Of a DNA stretch of 64,000 nt, positions 1-9,710 are shown piece by piece (the stretch's first letter is position 1; every line of letters starts with the position of its first letter). The notes beneath the pieces are model-generated. The model had not been told where the DNA came from. It did not search any database and saw nothing but the letters and a program-made list of their open reading frames with translations. The position numbers were made by a program, and so were the translations under genes. Origin of the DNA: Deltaproteobacteria bacterium (lineage in GTDB: Bacteria; Myxococcota_A; Polyangia; Polyangiales; Houyiibacteriaceae); assembly GCA_034670305.1 (NCBI GenBank), contig JAXMNT010000042.1:1-64000 (forward strand). Reading direction: 5' to 3'.

Positions 1-40
1 CGCGATGCTCGTCGCGCTGATCAAGCGATCTGACCGCTGA
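1..40 (+). CDS. 3' end of an unidentified gene running into the window (..AMLVALIKRSDR*)
   Basis: Open frame ending at TGA 38-40, followed by repeats and a hairpin; too short to identify. Confidence 0.4.
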   Translation, partial: AMLVALIKRSDR

Positions 41-46
41 TCCGCG

Positions 47-146
47 GGCAAGGGCAAAGGCAAGGGCAGGGGCAAGGGGCAGGCTGCGAGAACGCCCTGC
101 GGGCGTTCTTCAGCAACCTGCTAGTGCAGCCTTGCCCTTGCCCTCG
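47..146. repeat. GGGCAA-type hexamer tract with its inverted copy, enclosing a GC-rich hairpin
   Basis: gggcaagggcaaaggcaagggcaggggcaaggggcaggctgc pairs with gcagccttgcccttgccc (126-143); inner hairpin agaacgccc-tgc-gggcgttct (~91-110). Confidence 0.75.
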
Positions 147-157
147 AGTGAAGCGTT

Positions 158-415
158 GTCGGCCTCGGCATCGGCATCGGCCTCGGCCTCGGCATCGGCC
201 TCGGCATCGGCCTCGGCATCGGCATCGGCATCGGCATCGGCATCGGCTTCGGCTTCGGCCTCGGCATCGGCATCGGCATCGGCCTCGGCATCGGCCTCGG
301 CTTCGGCATCGGCTTCGGCATCGGCTTCGGCTTCGGCTTCGGCATCGGCATCGGCTTCGGCATCGGCTTCGGCATCGGCTTCGGCTTCGGATTCGGCTTC
401 AGCCTCGGAGTCGGA
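158..415 (+). repeat. TCGGC(A/T/C) hexamer tandem array
   Basis: About 40 tandem TCGGCN units between convergent gene ends. Confidence 0.97.
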
Positions 416-441
416 ACGGCCTCTGACGCTGGCCTCTGACG

Positions 442-1446
442 CTAGTCCGGCCGCGCCTCGCGGGCGGCCCGGGCGCGCTCGCGGATCGCTGCGATGGACT
501 CGTCGATCGATGTCCGCAGTTCCCCGCGCGCTTCCCCGCGCACCCGCCGCAGCGGCGGGATCGCCAGGGCATCGCCCACCTGTCCCAAGGCACGGACAGC
601 GCGCAGCCGGACCGGCTCCTCGGCGTGGCGCAGAAGCCGAACCAGGACGTTGACCTTGTCCGGCGAGTCGAGGCTCGCGATCGCGTTGACCGCCTCGAGC
701 CGTTCGTCCTCTGGCAGGTCGGCGTTCTCGACGTACGCCTGGAGCGCCGACATCGCCGCGGGGTCTCCGACCCGGCCAAGGGATCGCACGACATCGAGTC
801 GAACCTCCGGTTGGTCGTCGGTCAGCATCCTCAAGAGCGGCGCGGTGGCGCGTCGGTCGCGAACCACTCCGAGCGCCAGCGCCGCCCACTGTCGCGCCGC
901 TGGGTCGGTGTCGTTCAGCAGTGTGATCAGTCCCGGCACCGCAGCGGCGTCCGGCAAGCGCCACAACGCGGCCGCGGCCACGACCCGCACCTCGACCTGG
1001 GGATCGCGCAGCGCCGCGGCGAGATCCGGCACCGCGGTGCGCACGCTCAACCGGCCGATGGCCCGCCCAGAGCTGGCCCGCACCCGCCAATCGGGGTCGG
1101 TTCGCAGAAGCCTGCGCAGATGGGGCGCGATCTCTCGCCGACGTCGCCAGCCCCGCCGACCGAGCACTTCGACCGCATCGAGTCGGGTCTCGGAGTTCTC
1201 GCTGGCCAGGTTCCCGATCGCTGCCTCATAGTCGGCATCGCTGAGGCGTTGCGCAGCCGCCTCCGGGATCCCCATCGACGCGACGAGCGCGACGACCAGG
1301 GCCTGCAGTGCTGGCCTCCAGAACTGCAGTGTTGGCCCCAGGAACCGCAGTGCTGGCCTTGAGAACCGCAGTGCTGGCCTCGAGAACCGCAGTGCTGGCC
1401 TCGAGAACCGCAGTGCTGGCCTCGGGAGTCGCAGTGCCGACTTCAT
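442..1446 (-). CDS. Secreted HEAT (PBS-lyase-like) repeat protein
   Basis: Repeated 'D..VR..AA.ALG' HEAT units; hydrophobic signal-like segment ending AAAQ; start uncertain (ATG 1446 or 1555). Confidence 0.85.
   Translation of the reverse strand: MKSALRLPRPALRFSRPALRFSRPALRFSRPALRFLGPTLQFWRPALQALVVALVASMGIPEAAAQRLSDADYEAAIGNLASENSETRLDAVEVLGRRGWRRRREIAPHLRRLLRTDPDWRVRASSGRAIGRLSVRTAVPDLAAALRDPQVEVRVVAAAALWRLPDAAAVPGLITLLNDTDPAARQWAALALGVVRDRRATAPLLRMLTDDQPEVRLDVVRSLGRVGDPAAMSALQAYVENADLPEDERLEAVNAIASLDSPDKVNVLVRLLRHAEEPVRLRAVRALGQVGDALAIPPLRRVRGEARGELRTSIDESIAAIRERARAAREARPD
1303..1437. repeat. 21-bp tandem repeat (GAGAACCGCAGTGCTGGCCTC), about 6 copies, in frame in the HEAT gene 5' end
   Basis: Seen directly; encodes (RPALRFS)n on the minus strand. 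Confidence 0.92.
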
Positions 1447-1612
1447 TGGCGCTCGACCACCCCGGGTGCGGAGGGTGCGGGCGGAATCGAGGGACCACGC
1501 GAGGCGGTCCGGTGTGCCGGAAACAAACTGCTCAGGTGTGGTCGGTGCCGCCATGATTCCCCCGCGCGCGACTGCGACAGGCATACCATGGACGCACGGG
1601 CTCCGGGTCGAT

Positions 1613-3370
1613 TCAGTCGCCGACGGCGGCGAGTGGCCCATGGGTGCTCCGCACCACGTCCCGCAGGTGCGAGAACGACATGAAGTGCCGCACCACGGGC
1701 TCCGCTTCGCGCGCCACCGCGTCGAGCCGCTCCTGCAGCCGGCGATCGAGCTCGAGGGTCTGCCGCCGTAGGTCGTCGAGGTCGACTTCGGTCGCCGCGC
1801 TCACCCCGCCGAGCCGCCCCTTGAGCTGCCCCACCTGGAACTCCAGATCGTCGCACTCGGCCAACAGCCGCCGACGGTCCTTCTCGAGGGTGTGCACGAG
1901 CTGGCGGGATTCGAGGCGGATCTGTGCGAGCGCACCCACCGCCGCGAGGGCCTTCACGACCTCGTCGGTGAGCCCCGCGTCGGGCGCATGAATCGGCAGC
2001 TGCGCCCACTGCGCCTGAAGCGCGGGCGTCACCTGCGCGATCCGGGCCCGCGCCTCGGTGGTGCGTGACTCGGCGTCGGCCAGTTGGCTTCGCACCCGCG
2101 TCTCCTCAGACGACAACGCATCGAGCGCACGTCCGATCCGCATCCGCACGTCGCGGGCCTGACCCTCTTGAGACGAGCTGGCGCTGATCTTCACGGCGAG
2201 GTCTTCGTGCAGGGCGCCGAGCAGCTCGACCTGATCGGCGAGCCCTTCGATCGCCGGGAGCAGCCACTCCGGCGCCGGGTCGATCGGATGGGCTCGAGGC
2301 ACCAGCGCGCGGAACACTTCGACCCGCTCTCGCCAACGCTGCACGAGCCCCGTCGCGCTTGGGCTCTTGTCGCGCTTGTGGGTGATCGAGTCCCGGCGTT
2401 TGCGCGGCTCGACGATCGTGGTGTCGCCCACCGAAGGCCGCTGGCTTTCACGCAGCTGCTCGAGGTGTTGTTTGACCTCTTCCGCCAACACGTGGGCCGA
2501 GGCGTACCGGTCTTCCGCGCGCTTCTCGAGCAGCTTCAGCACCATGCGATCGATCTCGGTCGGGATGCGCGGGTCATGAAAACTCGGGGCCCGCGCGGGC
2601 TCGCGGAGATGTTTCAGGATGAGGTCCGGCGTGCTGCCCTGGAACGGCAAGACGCCGGTCAACATCTCGAACACCACGCAGCCGAGTGAGTAGAGGTCGG
2701 CGGACATCTGCATCGGAGCGCCGCGGGCCTGCTCTGGCGACATGTACTCCGGCGTGCCGAAGACGGTCCCGGTCGCTGTGACCCGCAGCTCGCCCTTCAT
2801 GTGCGCGAGCCCGAAGTCGAGGATCTTCACGAAGTCCCCGTCGTAGCCGCGCAGCAAGAAGATGTTGTCGGGTTTGATGTCGCGGTGCACCACGTCGAGT
2901 TCGTGCGCCCGCGCCAGCGCCTGCGAGAGCTGCATGGTGACGATGAGCGCCCGCGGCAAAGGCAGTGGCCCGCGCGCGATCTCTTCGTTCAACGGCACCC
3001 CGTCGAGGAACTCCATCACCAGAAAGACGAGCCCGTCGTCCGTCTCTCCGAAGTCGGTGATGTCGATGATGTGTTCGTGGTTGATCCGGTTGGCGGCCCG
3101 CGCTTCACGGAGGAAGCGGGTCTTGTTGGACGGCTCGTAGGCCAACTCGGGCGAGAGGAACTTGACCGCCACATCCCGGCCGACGACCTCGTGTTTCGCG
3201 CGGTACACGGTGCCCATGCCGCCCGCGCCGATGCGCTCCTCGATCACGTAACGCCCCGCGATCGTTCGACCGACCAGGGGATCAGGGAGGGGAACGAGGT
3301 TCCCTCCATCGAGCGGGCACGTCGTCGGATCCCCCCGAAACCGCGCCCCGCAGATCTGGCAGATCTTCAC
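1613..3370 (-). CDS. Hanks-type Ser/Thr protein kinase with N-terminal Cys motif and C-terminal coiled coil
   Basis: IGAGGMGTVY, VAVK, HRDIKPDN, DFG, GTPEYMSPEQ motifs; N-terminal CQIC..CPLDG; GTG start at 3370. Confidence 0.95.
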   Translation of the reverse strand: MKICQICGARFRGDPTTCPLDGGNLVPLPDPLVGRTIAGRYVIEERIGAGGMGTVYRAKHEVVGRDVAVKFLSPELAYEPSNKTRFLREARAANRINHEHIIDITDFGETDDGLVFLVMEFLDGVPLNEEIARGPLPLPRALIVTMQLSQALARAHELDVVHRDIKPDNIFLLRGYDGDFVKILDFGLAHMKGELRVTATGTVFGTPEYMSPEQARGAPMQMSADLYSLGCVVFEMLTGVLPFQGSTPDLILKHLREPARAPSFHDPRIPTEIDRMVLKLLEKRAEDRYASAHVLAEEVKQHLEQLRESQRPSVGDTTIVEPRKRRDSITHKRDKSPSATGLVQRWRERVEVFRALVPRAHPIDPAPEWLLPAIEGLADQVELLGALHEDLAVKISASSSQEGQARDVRMRIGRALDALSSEETRVRSQLADAESRTTEARARIAQVTPALQAQWAQLPIHAPDAGLTDEVVKALAAVGALAQIRLESRQLVHTLEKDRRRLLAECDDLEFQVGQLKGRLGGVSAATEVDLDDLRRQTLELDRRLQERLDAVAREAEPVVRHFMSFSHLRDVVRSTHGPLAAVGD

Positions 3371-3440
3371 GTGAGTCCGCCCGCATGGTCGCAGACACCG
3401 CTCTGCTTTGGCAACACGCTCCGCGGTATGCTTCGCGCAC

Positions 3441-6191
3441 GTGTCCGCCACGCGCAGCTTCGATCCCACCGCCGCCATCGTCGGGGTCCTCGTCGTCGGG
3501 CTCCTGGCCTGCCCCGGCGCCCCCCTCTCGCCACCTCCCGAGTCGAGCGAAGCGACCCCGAGCGTGCTCGAGATCGACGTGCGCTCTCCCGAAGCAGACC
3601 CGGTGGGTGGCGCCCGCGTCTCCCAGGGCGCCCACTCCGTCCGCACCGATCCACGCGGCTTCGTACGCATCGCAGGCCGGGTCGGCGACGCACTGCAGGT
3701 CGACGCGCCCGGGTACACGACGTGGCAGGGCGAAGCCCGGCACCGGCACCAGGAGATCGTGCTCGAACGTTCCCGCCACCTCGAGGTGCACGTGCGCAGT
3801 GCCACCGGCGCGGGCATGGAACACGCGCTCGTCACCGTCTTCGCCCTCGACGCAAACGGCGACGTCCGGGCCGAGCTCGGCGAGTGGAACGCCCACACCG
3901 ACTCGGATGGCACCGCCACGCTCCAAGGCATGCCCGCCGGCCCGCTCCGAGTGCGCGCCAGCCGCGCCGAACACGCGAGCGCCACCCGCCACGTGGGCCC
4001 CGACGATCCCAGCGTGGAGATCGAGCTCACCCCGGCGTGTGCGATCGGCGTCCAGGTCTACGACCCGCGTGGCAACCCCGCCTCGGGCGCGGAGGTCACC
4101 GTGGTGGGCAGCGGGGTCTGGCCACCGCGCGCGGTGGAGGCCGACGCCACCGGCCACGTGACCTTCGCCGACATTCCCCCGGGCGTGTACGAGGTCCATG
4201 CGCGGCGTGGTGCAGAAGCGGCCACGGCCCGGCGCGGCATCGAAGTCGAAGTGGGCCGAAGCGCGTACATCTCGCTACGGCTGCAACAGGGCAGCCGACT
4301 GGCCGGCGTCGTGACCGACGACGCAGACATCCCGATCGAAGGCGCCGAGGTGGTGCTGACCGAGACCGGCATCGCGCTCGTGCCGCGGGTGGCCCGCACC
4401 GACGCGACCGGCGCGTTCCGATTCGAGGGCGTGCTGCCCGGTACGTACTGGGTGCGCGCGGACGCGGCCGGACACGTGAGCGCCCAAGCCGCGATCCGCC
4501 CAGAAGACGCCGCGGAACCGCTCGTGCTGAAGTTGCCCCGCGCCGCCACGATCACGGGCGTCGTCTACGACCAGCGCGACCGCCCGGTTGCCGGCGTCAC
4601 CGTGCACTGGCTCGGCGAGCCGGAAGCGCCGCCTCCGCTCATCAGCAGCGGCTCGCTCGGGGTCACCACCGGACCGGTGCCGCCGATTCCCATCGATGCG
4701 CTCGCAGGTGGCTCGGACGACGACCTGCCGCAGAACCTCGGCACCACCCTCGTGCCCACCGGCAACAGCGCGGTCACCGACGCCTCCGGACGCTTCGTGC
4801 TCGACGGCATCCGCCCCGGCTCGGGCGAGCTGCTCGCGGAAGGTTCGGTGTACGCAAGCGTTCGAAGCGAAGCGATCCGCCTGGCCGCAGGCGACACCCA
4901 TGAGGTGACGATGGTCATGCCGGACGGACACCTCCTCAGCGGTCGGGTCGTCGACAACCGCGGCTTCCCCATCGGCTCGGTGCCGGTCGAACTACGCGCC
5001 GAGTCCGAGCCCTGGGCCCGCTCTCGCATGGCCTCGGACGACGGCACGTTCGAGTTCCGCGGCGTCCGGGGCCTCGCGGTCCTCATCGCCCGACCGCCCG
5101 ATTTGCCGAACGCGCGCGTTCGGGTCGAGGTGACCTACGACACCGAGGTCGAGATCCGGCTCGAAACCGAGCTGCGCTCGCTGGAGATGCGGGTCTACGA
5201 CCCCGAAGGCTTCCCGGTGCCGGACGCCCGCGTCGAACTCGAAGGCCTGCGCGCCGACACTCCGACCCAGCGCAGCGGCTGGACCGAGACCGACGGCACC
5301 ATCCACATCGGCGCGCTCCCGACCCCACCCTGGCGCGTGGTCATCGACCACCCCGACTTCGCACCCAACGAACGGCTGGTACGCGAAGACGAGCTCGGCG
5401 TCGAACTCTCGACCTTCCTCCTGCGCGGCGGCGTCGTCTATGGCCGGGTGCGTTCGGCCTGGTCCCACGCGCCGATCGTCGCCGAGGTCCGTCTCGACGA
5501 CGCACCCGCCCGCACCACGGACGCCGACGGCAGCTACCGTTTCGAGCGCGTCCCGTTGGGCGCGCACCGGATCGTCGCCCGCGCCGAAGGGTGGCTCGAC
5601 ACCGCGCTCGACGTGGACGTGGAATCGGCCACCTCGCTCGACCTGGAACTGCGCGAAGCCGCGACCCTCGCGATCGAAGTCGTCGACACGCTCGGCGACG
5701 CCGCACCGAGGTGCGCGCTGCGGCTGCTGGGCGCGTTGGAGTCGACCGCCACGACCGACGAAACCGGCCACGCGTTCTGGTCCGTTCCGGACGGGGTCTA
5801 CGAAGTGCACGCCACCCACCCGACCGCGGGCACCGGCACGACCGCACGGGTGCGGGCCACCCGAGGCGAGCGCACCGAAGTCCGCCTCGTCCTCGACGGC
5901 CGCCTTGCCGCCGAAGCGGAGGTCGGCCCCGGCCGCTTCGTCATCGGCGCCCCCGTCTCGGTCATCCGCCGCGGCGCCGACATCGTCGTCGAACGCACCT
6001 ACGCCCGCACCCCGCTGCGCGCCGGCGACGTCCTCCTCCGCATCGAAGACGAACGCGTCCTCTCCGCCGGCCAAGCCCGCGCCATGCTCCGCGGCCCCGA
6101 AGGCGACACCCGCCCCATCGCCATCCGCCGAAGCGGCGGCGAACGCACCCTCCGAGTCCCCAACGTCCGCTTCCAACTCCCCCCGATGTAG
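3441..6191 (+). CDS. Carboxypeptidase-regulatory-like (transthyretin-like/Ig) repeat protein with C-terminal PDZ-like domain
   Basis: Repeated 'G.V.D..G.P..GA.V' and 'TD..G.F.F.G...G.Y' modules; C-terminal '[20 protein letters not shown]' PDZ signature; N-terminal hydrophobic anchor. Confidence 0.85.
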   Translation: MSATRSFDPTAAIVGVLVVGLLACPGAPLSPPPESSEATPSVLEIDVRSPEADPVGGARVSQGAHSVRTDPRGFVRIAGRVGDALQVDAPGYTTWQGEARHRHQEIVLERSRHLEVHVRSATGAGMEHALVTVFALDANGDVRAELGEWNAHTDSDGTATLQGMPAGPLRVRASRAEHASATRHVGPDDPSVEIELTPACAIGVQVYDPRGNPASGAEVTVVGSGVWPPRAVEADATGHVTFADIPPGVYEVHARRGAEAATARRGIEVEVGRSAYISLRLQQGSRLAGVVTDDADIPIEGAEVVLTETGIALVPRVARTDATGAFRFEGVLPGTYWVRADAAGHVSAQAAIRPEDAAEPLVLKLPRAATITGVVYDQRDRPVAGVTVHWLGEPEAPPPLISSGSLGVTTGPVPPIPIDALAGGSDDDLPQNLGTTLVPTGNSAVTDASGRFVLDGIRPGSGELLAEGSVYASVRSEAIRLAAGDTHEVTMVMPDGHLLSGRVVDNRGFPIGSVPVELRAESEPWARSRMASDDGTFEFRGVRGLAVLIARPPDLPNARVRVEVTYDTEVEIRLETELRSLEMRVYDPEGFPVPDARVELEGLRADTPTQRSGWTETDGTIHIGALPTPPWRVVIDHPDFAPNERLVREDELGVELSTFLLRGGVVYGRVRSAWSHAPIVAEVRLDDAPARTTDADGSYRFERVPLGAHRIVARAEGWLDTALDVDVESATSLDLELREAATLAIEVVDTLGDAAPRCALRLLGALESTATTDETGHAFWSVPDGVYEVHATHPTAGTGTTARVRATRGERTEVRLVLDGRLAAEAEVGPGRFVIGAPVSVIRRGADIVVERTYARTPLRAGDVLLRIEDERVLSAGQARAMLRGPEGDTRPIAIRRSGGERTLRVPNVRFQLPPM

Positions 6192-6200
6192 AGCGGTCGC

Positions 6201-6455
6201 GTCGGCTTCGGCTTCGGCGTCGGCATCGGCGTCGGCATCGGCGTCGGCGTCGGCTTCGGCATCGGCATCGGCTTCGGCGTCGGCTTCGGCGTCGGCTTCG
6301 GCGTCGGCTTCGGCGTCGGCTTCGGCGTCGGCTTCGGCGTCGGCTTCGACGTCGGCTTCGGCGTCGGCTTCGGCGTCGGCTTCGGCATCGGCTTCGGCAT
6401 CGGCTTTGGCATCGGCATCGGCATCGGCTTCGGCATCGGCTTCGGCTTCGGTCGG
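6201..6455 (+). repeat. TCGGC(T/G/A) hexamer tandem array
   Basis: About 40 units starting 10 bp after the stop at 6191. Confidence 0.97.
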
Positions 6456-6584
6456 AAACACACCCGCCCGCGCCGACGTGATCTCGCCTGCCGCCCGTCG
6501 CGGCACACGCCCGTTCAGAGAAGTTGAGGGGGAGTGTGGGGGAGTTCCGTGTCGGAGGGTGCGACCCCCCCGAAGGTCACCGAC

Positions 6585-7133
6585 TCACTCGTCGATCCGG
6601 CAGAAGCCGGCTCGGCACGAGGCGGTCTTGGACGTCGTCGTCTCGGTCGAGCCGACCTCGAGCCCCACCGCCCGCTGCCGGTTCGCGCAGGAGGCAATCC
6701 GTTCCGACTCCACCATCGCCTCCGCCACCGCCGCCGCGTTCGCCTCCGTCACCGCGACCTCGCCCAAACACGGATCGCGAAGCGCCACGCACGCGGTCTC
6801 CCCCTCGCACTCGGCTTTGTCGGACCAGTACAGGATGCGGAGCCCGCACCCACCCTCGACGCAGTACGCCTCCGCGACTTCCGGGACTGCCCAGCGCGCT
6901 CTCCCGCAGTTGCTGACCGCCGCCTGCCTCTCGTATCCACGCTGGACCTCGTCGGCGACGTCTCGGTGTTCGGCCGAACGACCGCCGCAGAACACATCGA
7001 CGGCAACGCAGTCGGAGTCCGTGGAACACCGAGGGGGCGCCGGTTCCTCCTCCGACGGCGGCTGCTCTCTCTCCACCTGGGGATCGTCGCACCCGCCGAT
7101 GCAGGCGAGCAGGATGAGGATCGAAGCGCGCAC
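6585..7133 (-). CDS. Cys-rich lipoprotein with two related Cys modules
   Basis: Lipobox-like ILLACIGGC; two C..D/E..CVA...C modules. Confidence 0.7.
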   Translation of the reverse strand: MRASILILLACIGGCDDPQVEREQPPSEEEPAPPRCSTDSDCVAVDVFCGGRSAEHRDVADEVQRGYERQAAVSNCGRARWAVPEVAEAYCVEGGCGLRILYWSDKAECEGETACVALRDPCLGEVAVTEANAAAVAEAMVESERIASCANRQRAVGLEVGSTETTTSKTASCRAGFCRIDE

Positions 7134-7187
7134 ACCCAAGAGTACCCGCCCCGTTCATGAAAATCAGGGACCCGTCCGGCACACGGC

Positions 7188-7230
7188 GTGACACAAAGTT
7201 CTTGACGACGTATCACAGTGTGTTACATAC
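7188..7230 (+). promoter_or_regulatory. Candidate promoter/operator of the RHH gene
   Basis: TTGACG at 7202-7207; boxes GTGACACA (7188-7195), GTATCACA (7210-7217) and inverted TGTGTTAC (7219-7226). Confidence 0.45.
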
Positions 7231-7235
7231 CCTGG

Positions 7236-7712
7236 GTGAGCGAAGAAGAAGAACAGCCCAAGAGTCGCGTCCTCCACACCCGTGTCCCCGAGGTCCTCGA
7301 GAAGGAACTCAAGCGGCTCGCAAAGAGTCTTCGCGTGCCCGTGAGCAACGTGGTGCGGACCATTCTCGAAGACGCCATCGACACCATGGACGCTGTCGGC
7401 AAGAGCGCCTCCAGCGAGCTGCGCAGCGTCGCAGACCGCCTGCGCACCGAAGACGATCCCAAACCTCCGCCCGCCCCCCGCTTCCCGCTCGAAGGCGCCA
7501 TCGGCGCGGCCCGCCTCCGCCTCATGCGCGACGAGACCTGCGGCCTCAGCGGCCGCCCACTCCCCAAAGGCGAATGGGCGCTGCTCGTACACTTCGACGA
7601 CGGACGCAAACCCCTGCTCGTCGCCCCCGACCTGATGCCGGCGGGCCTCGGCGAACCGGACGAACCGGAAGAGCCCGCAGCAGACGAACCCAAGACCGAC
7701 ACGGACGAGTAG
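7236..7712 (+). CDS. Ribbon-helix-helix (CopG-like) domain protein
   Basis: SRVLHTRVPEVLEKELKRLAKSLRVPVSNVVRTILEDAI fits the RHH strand-helix-helix pattern; GTG start. Confidence 0.7.
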   Translation: MSEEEEQPKSRVLHTRVPEVLEKELKRLAKSLRVPVSNVVRTILEDAIDTMDAVGKSASSELRSVADRLRTEDDPKPPPAPRFPLEGAIGAARLRLMRDETCGLSGRPLPKGEWALLVHFDDGRKPLLVAPDLMPAGLGEPDEPEEPAADEPKTDTDE

Positions 7713-7748
7713 CTCGTCCGTTCTCCCCCCCAACAAGGACCCATCCAA

Positions 7749-7928
7749 ATGACCGACCAAGAACGCAACGCGATGATCGACAAGACCACCAAACAGCTCT
7801 TCAGCGTCGGCCGGATGTGGGCCACCCACGGTCTGACCGTCGGCAAACTCGCCCTCGAGACCAGCGCCAAGACGCTTCAAGCCACCGCCGCCACCCTGAG
7901 CGACATCAAGACCCGCCTAGAGGACTAG
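7749..7928 (+). CDS. Small 59-aa hypothetical protein (absent from ORF track)
   Basis: AAGGA RBS at 7735-7739; [61 protein letters not shown]3-rich codons. Confidence 0.75.
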   Translation: MTDQERNAMIDKTTKQLFSVGRMWATHGLTVGKLALETSAKTLQATAATLSDIKTRLED

Positions 7929-7943
7929 GGACCGGAGAGCAGC

Positions 7944-8133
7944 GTCGGTGTCGGCATCGGTTTCGGCATCGGCTTCGGCTTCGGCGTCGGCTTCGGCTTC
8001 GGCGTCGGCTTCGGCGTCGGCTTCGGCTTCGGCTTCGGCTTCGGAATCGGCTTCGGAATCGGCTTCGGCATCGGCATCGGCGTCGGCTTCGGCTTCGGCT
8101 TCGGCATCGGCGTCGGCGTCGGAATCGGCTTCG
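7944..8133 (+). repeat. TCGGCN hexamer tandem array
   Basis: About 30 units starting about 15 bp after the stop at 7928. Confidence 0.97.
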
Positions 8134-8162
8134 AGATCACCCCACCGCGCAGGTTCCGCCCC

Positions 8163-9710
8163 CTACCGCTTGCGAAGCGCCGACACGAGCCGCGCGAGCG
8201 CCGGAAGTTTCCGGACGCCCTTCGCCCGCGCAAACGCCGCCACCCGTTCGCCAACGCGCTCGAGTCCTTCCCCATACGGGTGCCAGTAGAGCTCCGGTTT
8301 CCGGTAACCGTCGACCACCACCGCCCGCGGGCGGGTCAGTACGTCGAGCGCGAAGTGGCTGTTGGTGACGCCGAAGCCGGTCGCGCCCACGCCGCCCCAC
8401 GGAAGCGACGGCACGCTGCCGGTGAACGCGTGGTTGTTCACCGTGACGACGCCGGCCTTCAAGCTCCGGGCGAGCGCCCTTCCCTTGTGCAGGTCCGACG
8501 TCCAAACCGAACCGGTGAGCCCGAAGCGGGAGTCGTTCGCGCGTTCGACCGCTTCTTGATCGCTGTCGACCAGCATGATCGGCATCAACGGGCCGAACGA
8601 CTCCTCTTGAATCACCTCGAGCGATTCGTCCGGATCCTCGAGCACCGTCGGTGCGAACCAGAGTCCGTCGCGGTCGAGACGCGCGCCGCCGCACGCGATC
8701 TTCACGCCGGCGTCGCGCGCACCCGTCACGTGCCGTTCGACGATGGCGCGCTGGGCTTCGGTGGTGAGCGGCCCGAAGTCGCGGACGGGTTCGAGCGCTT
8801 CGACGAGTTCCACCACGCGCGCCGTCACCTGCTGCGCGACGCGGCGGTGCACGTAGACGCGTTCGATCGCCGCGCAGTTCTGGCCGGTGTTCGCGAACGC
8901 GCCCCAGACGAGCCCGCGGCAGGTGCGTTCGATCGCCGCGTCCTCGCACACGATGGCGGCGTCTTTGCCGCCGAGCTCGAGCGCGACCGGCACGAGCGAC
9001 TGTCCGGCGTGCGCACCGACCTTGCGACCCGTCGCGACGCTGCCGGTGAACGAGACCGCGTCCACGCCCGCGTCGATGAGTGCCGCGCCCGCGGCGCCTT
9101 CACCCACCACCACCGACACGAGATGCGGCCCGTACACCTCGCGCAACAGACACCCGAGCCGGTGCGCGATGCGCGGCGTGTACTCCGAGGGCTTGAGCAC
9201 CACCGCGTCACCGACCAAGAGCGCTGGAAAGATGGTGCGGAGCGGAATCGCGAGCGGGAAGTTCCACGGGGTGATGAGACCGAGTACGCCGCGCGGCACC
9301 CGCTCGACGATGGCCGTCTTCTTCGGGTAGCTCAGCGGGTCGAGCGACACCGGGTGCGGCGCCAAGAGCGATGGCCCTTCTTCCGACCAGTGTTTGCCGA
9401 GCTCGGCGGTCGGCGCGACTTCGTGCAGCCACGCTTCGGCCCGCGGTTTGCCCGTCTCGGCGACGATGAGGTCGACCAGATGTTTGCCGTCGCTCAGCAC
9501 CGCGTCCGCCGCTTCGCTCAGCAACATCGCGCGCTCGTCGATGCTGCGCTTCGCGTGCGCCTCGGCCGCGGCCCGGGCGCGTCTGACGATGTCGGGGATC
9601 GTGTCGATCGGGGTGACTTCGATCGGTTCGTGTTCGGCTCCGTCGCTCGGTCGCGTGCCCACGATCGCGTCTTGGCCGTTCGGCGCTGCCCCCTTCACCA
9701 CCAACGTCAT
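8163..9710 (-). CDS. Aldehyde dehydrogenase family protein
   Basis: [31 protein letters not shown] (catalytic Cys), EESFGP motifs. Confidence 0.95.
   Translation of the reverse strand: MTLVVKGAAPNGQDAIVGTRPSDGAEHEPIEVTPIDTIPDIVRRARAAAEAHAKRSIDERAMLLSEAADAVLSDGKHLVDLIVAETGKPRAEAWLHEVAPTAELGKHWSEEGPSLLAPHPVSLDPLSYPKKTAIVERVPRGVLGLITPWNFPLAIPLRTIFPALLVGDAVVLKPSEYTPRIAHRLGCLLREVYGPHLVSVVVGEGAAGAALIDAGVDAVSFTGSVATGRKVGAHAGQSLVPVALELGGKDAAIVCEDAAIERTCRGLVWGAFANTGQNCAAIERVYVHRRVAQQVTARVVELVEALEPVRDFGPLTTEAQRAIVERHVTGARDAGVKIACGGARLDRDGLWFAPTVLEDPDESLEVIQEESFGPLMPIMLVDSDQEAVERANDSRFGLTGSVWTSDLHKGRALARSLKAGVVTVNNHAFTGSVPSLPWGGVGATGFGVTNSHFALDVLTRPRAVVVDGYRKPELYWHPYGEGLERVGERVAAFARAKGVRKLPALARLVSALRKR

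Noticed and set aside
110-653. ORF-track entries reading (SA)n, (RH)n, (PKPM)n or (EA/DA)n here and at ~6000-6500, 7925-8289, 13102-13384 and 43556-44236
   Set aside because: They arise because the hexamer arrays have no stop codons in any frame; there is no RBS or domain content, and they overlap real genes.
1303-1437. Possible CRISPR arrays (also 16471-16557 and 55991-56171)
   Set aside because: Units are directly tandem with no unique spacers, and no cas genes were seen.
6500-7190. Short similar motifs (cggcacacg, cccgttca) on both sides of the Cys-rich lipoprotein gene, suggesting a cassette
   Set aside because: Matches are only 8-9 bp, in different order, with no integrase or attC-like structure.
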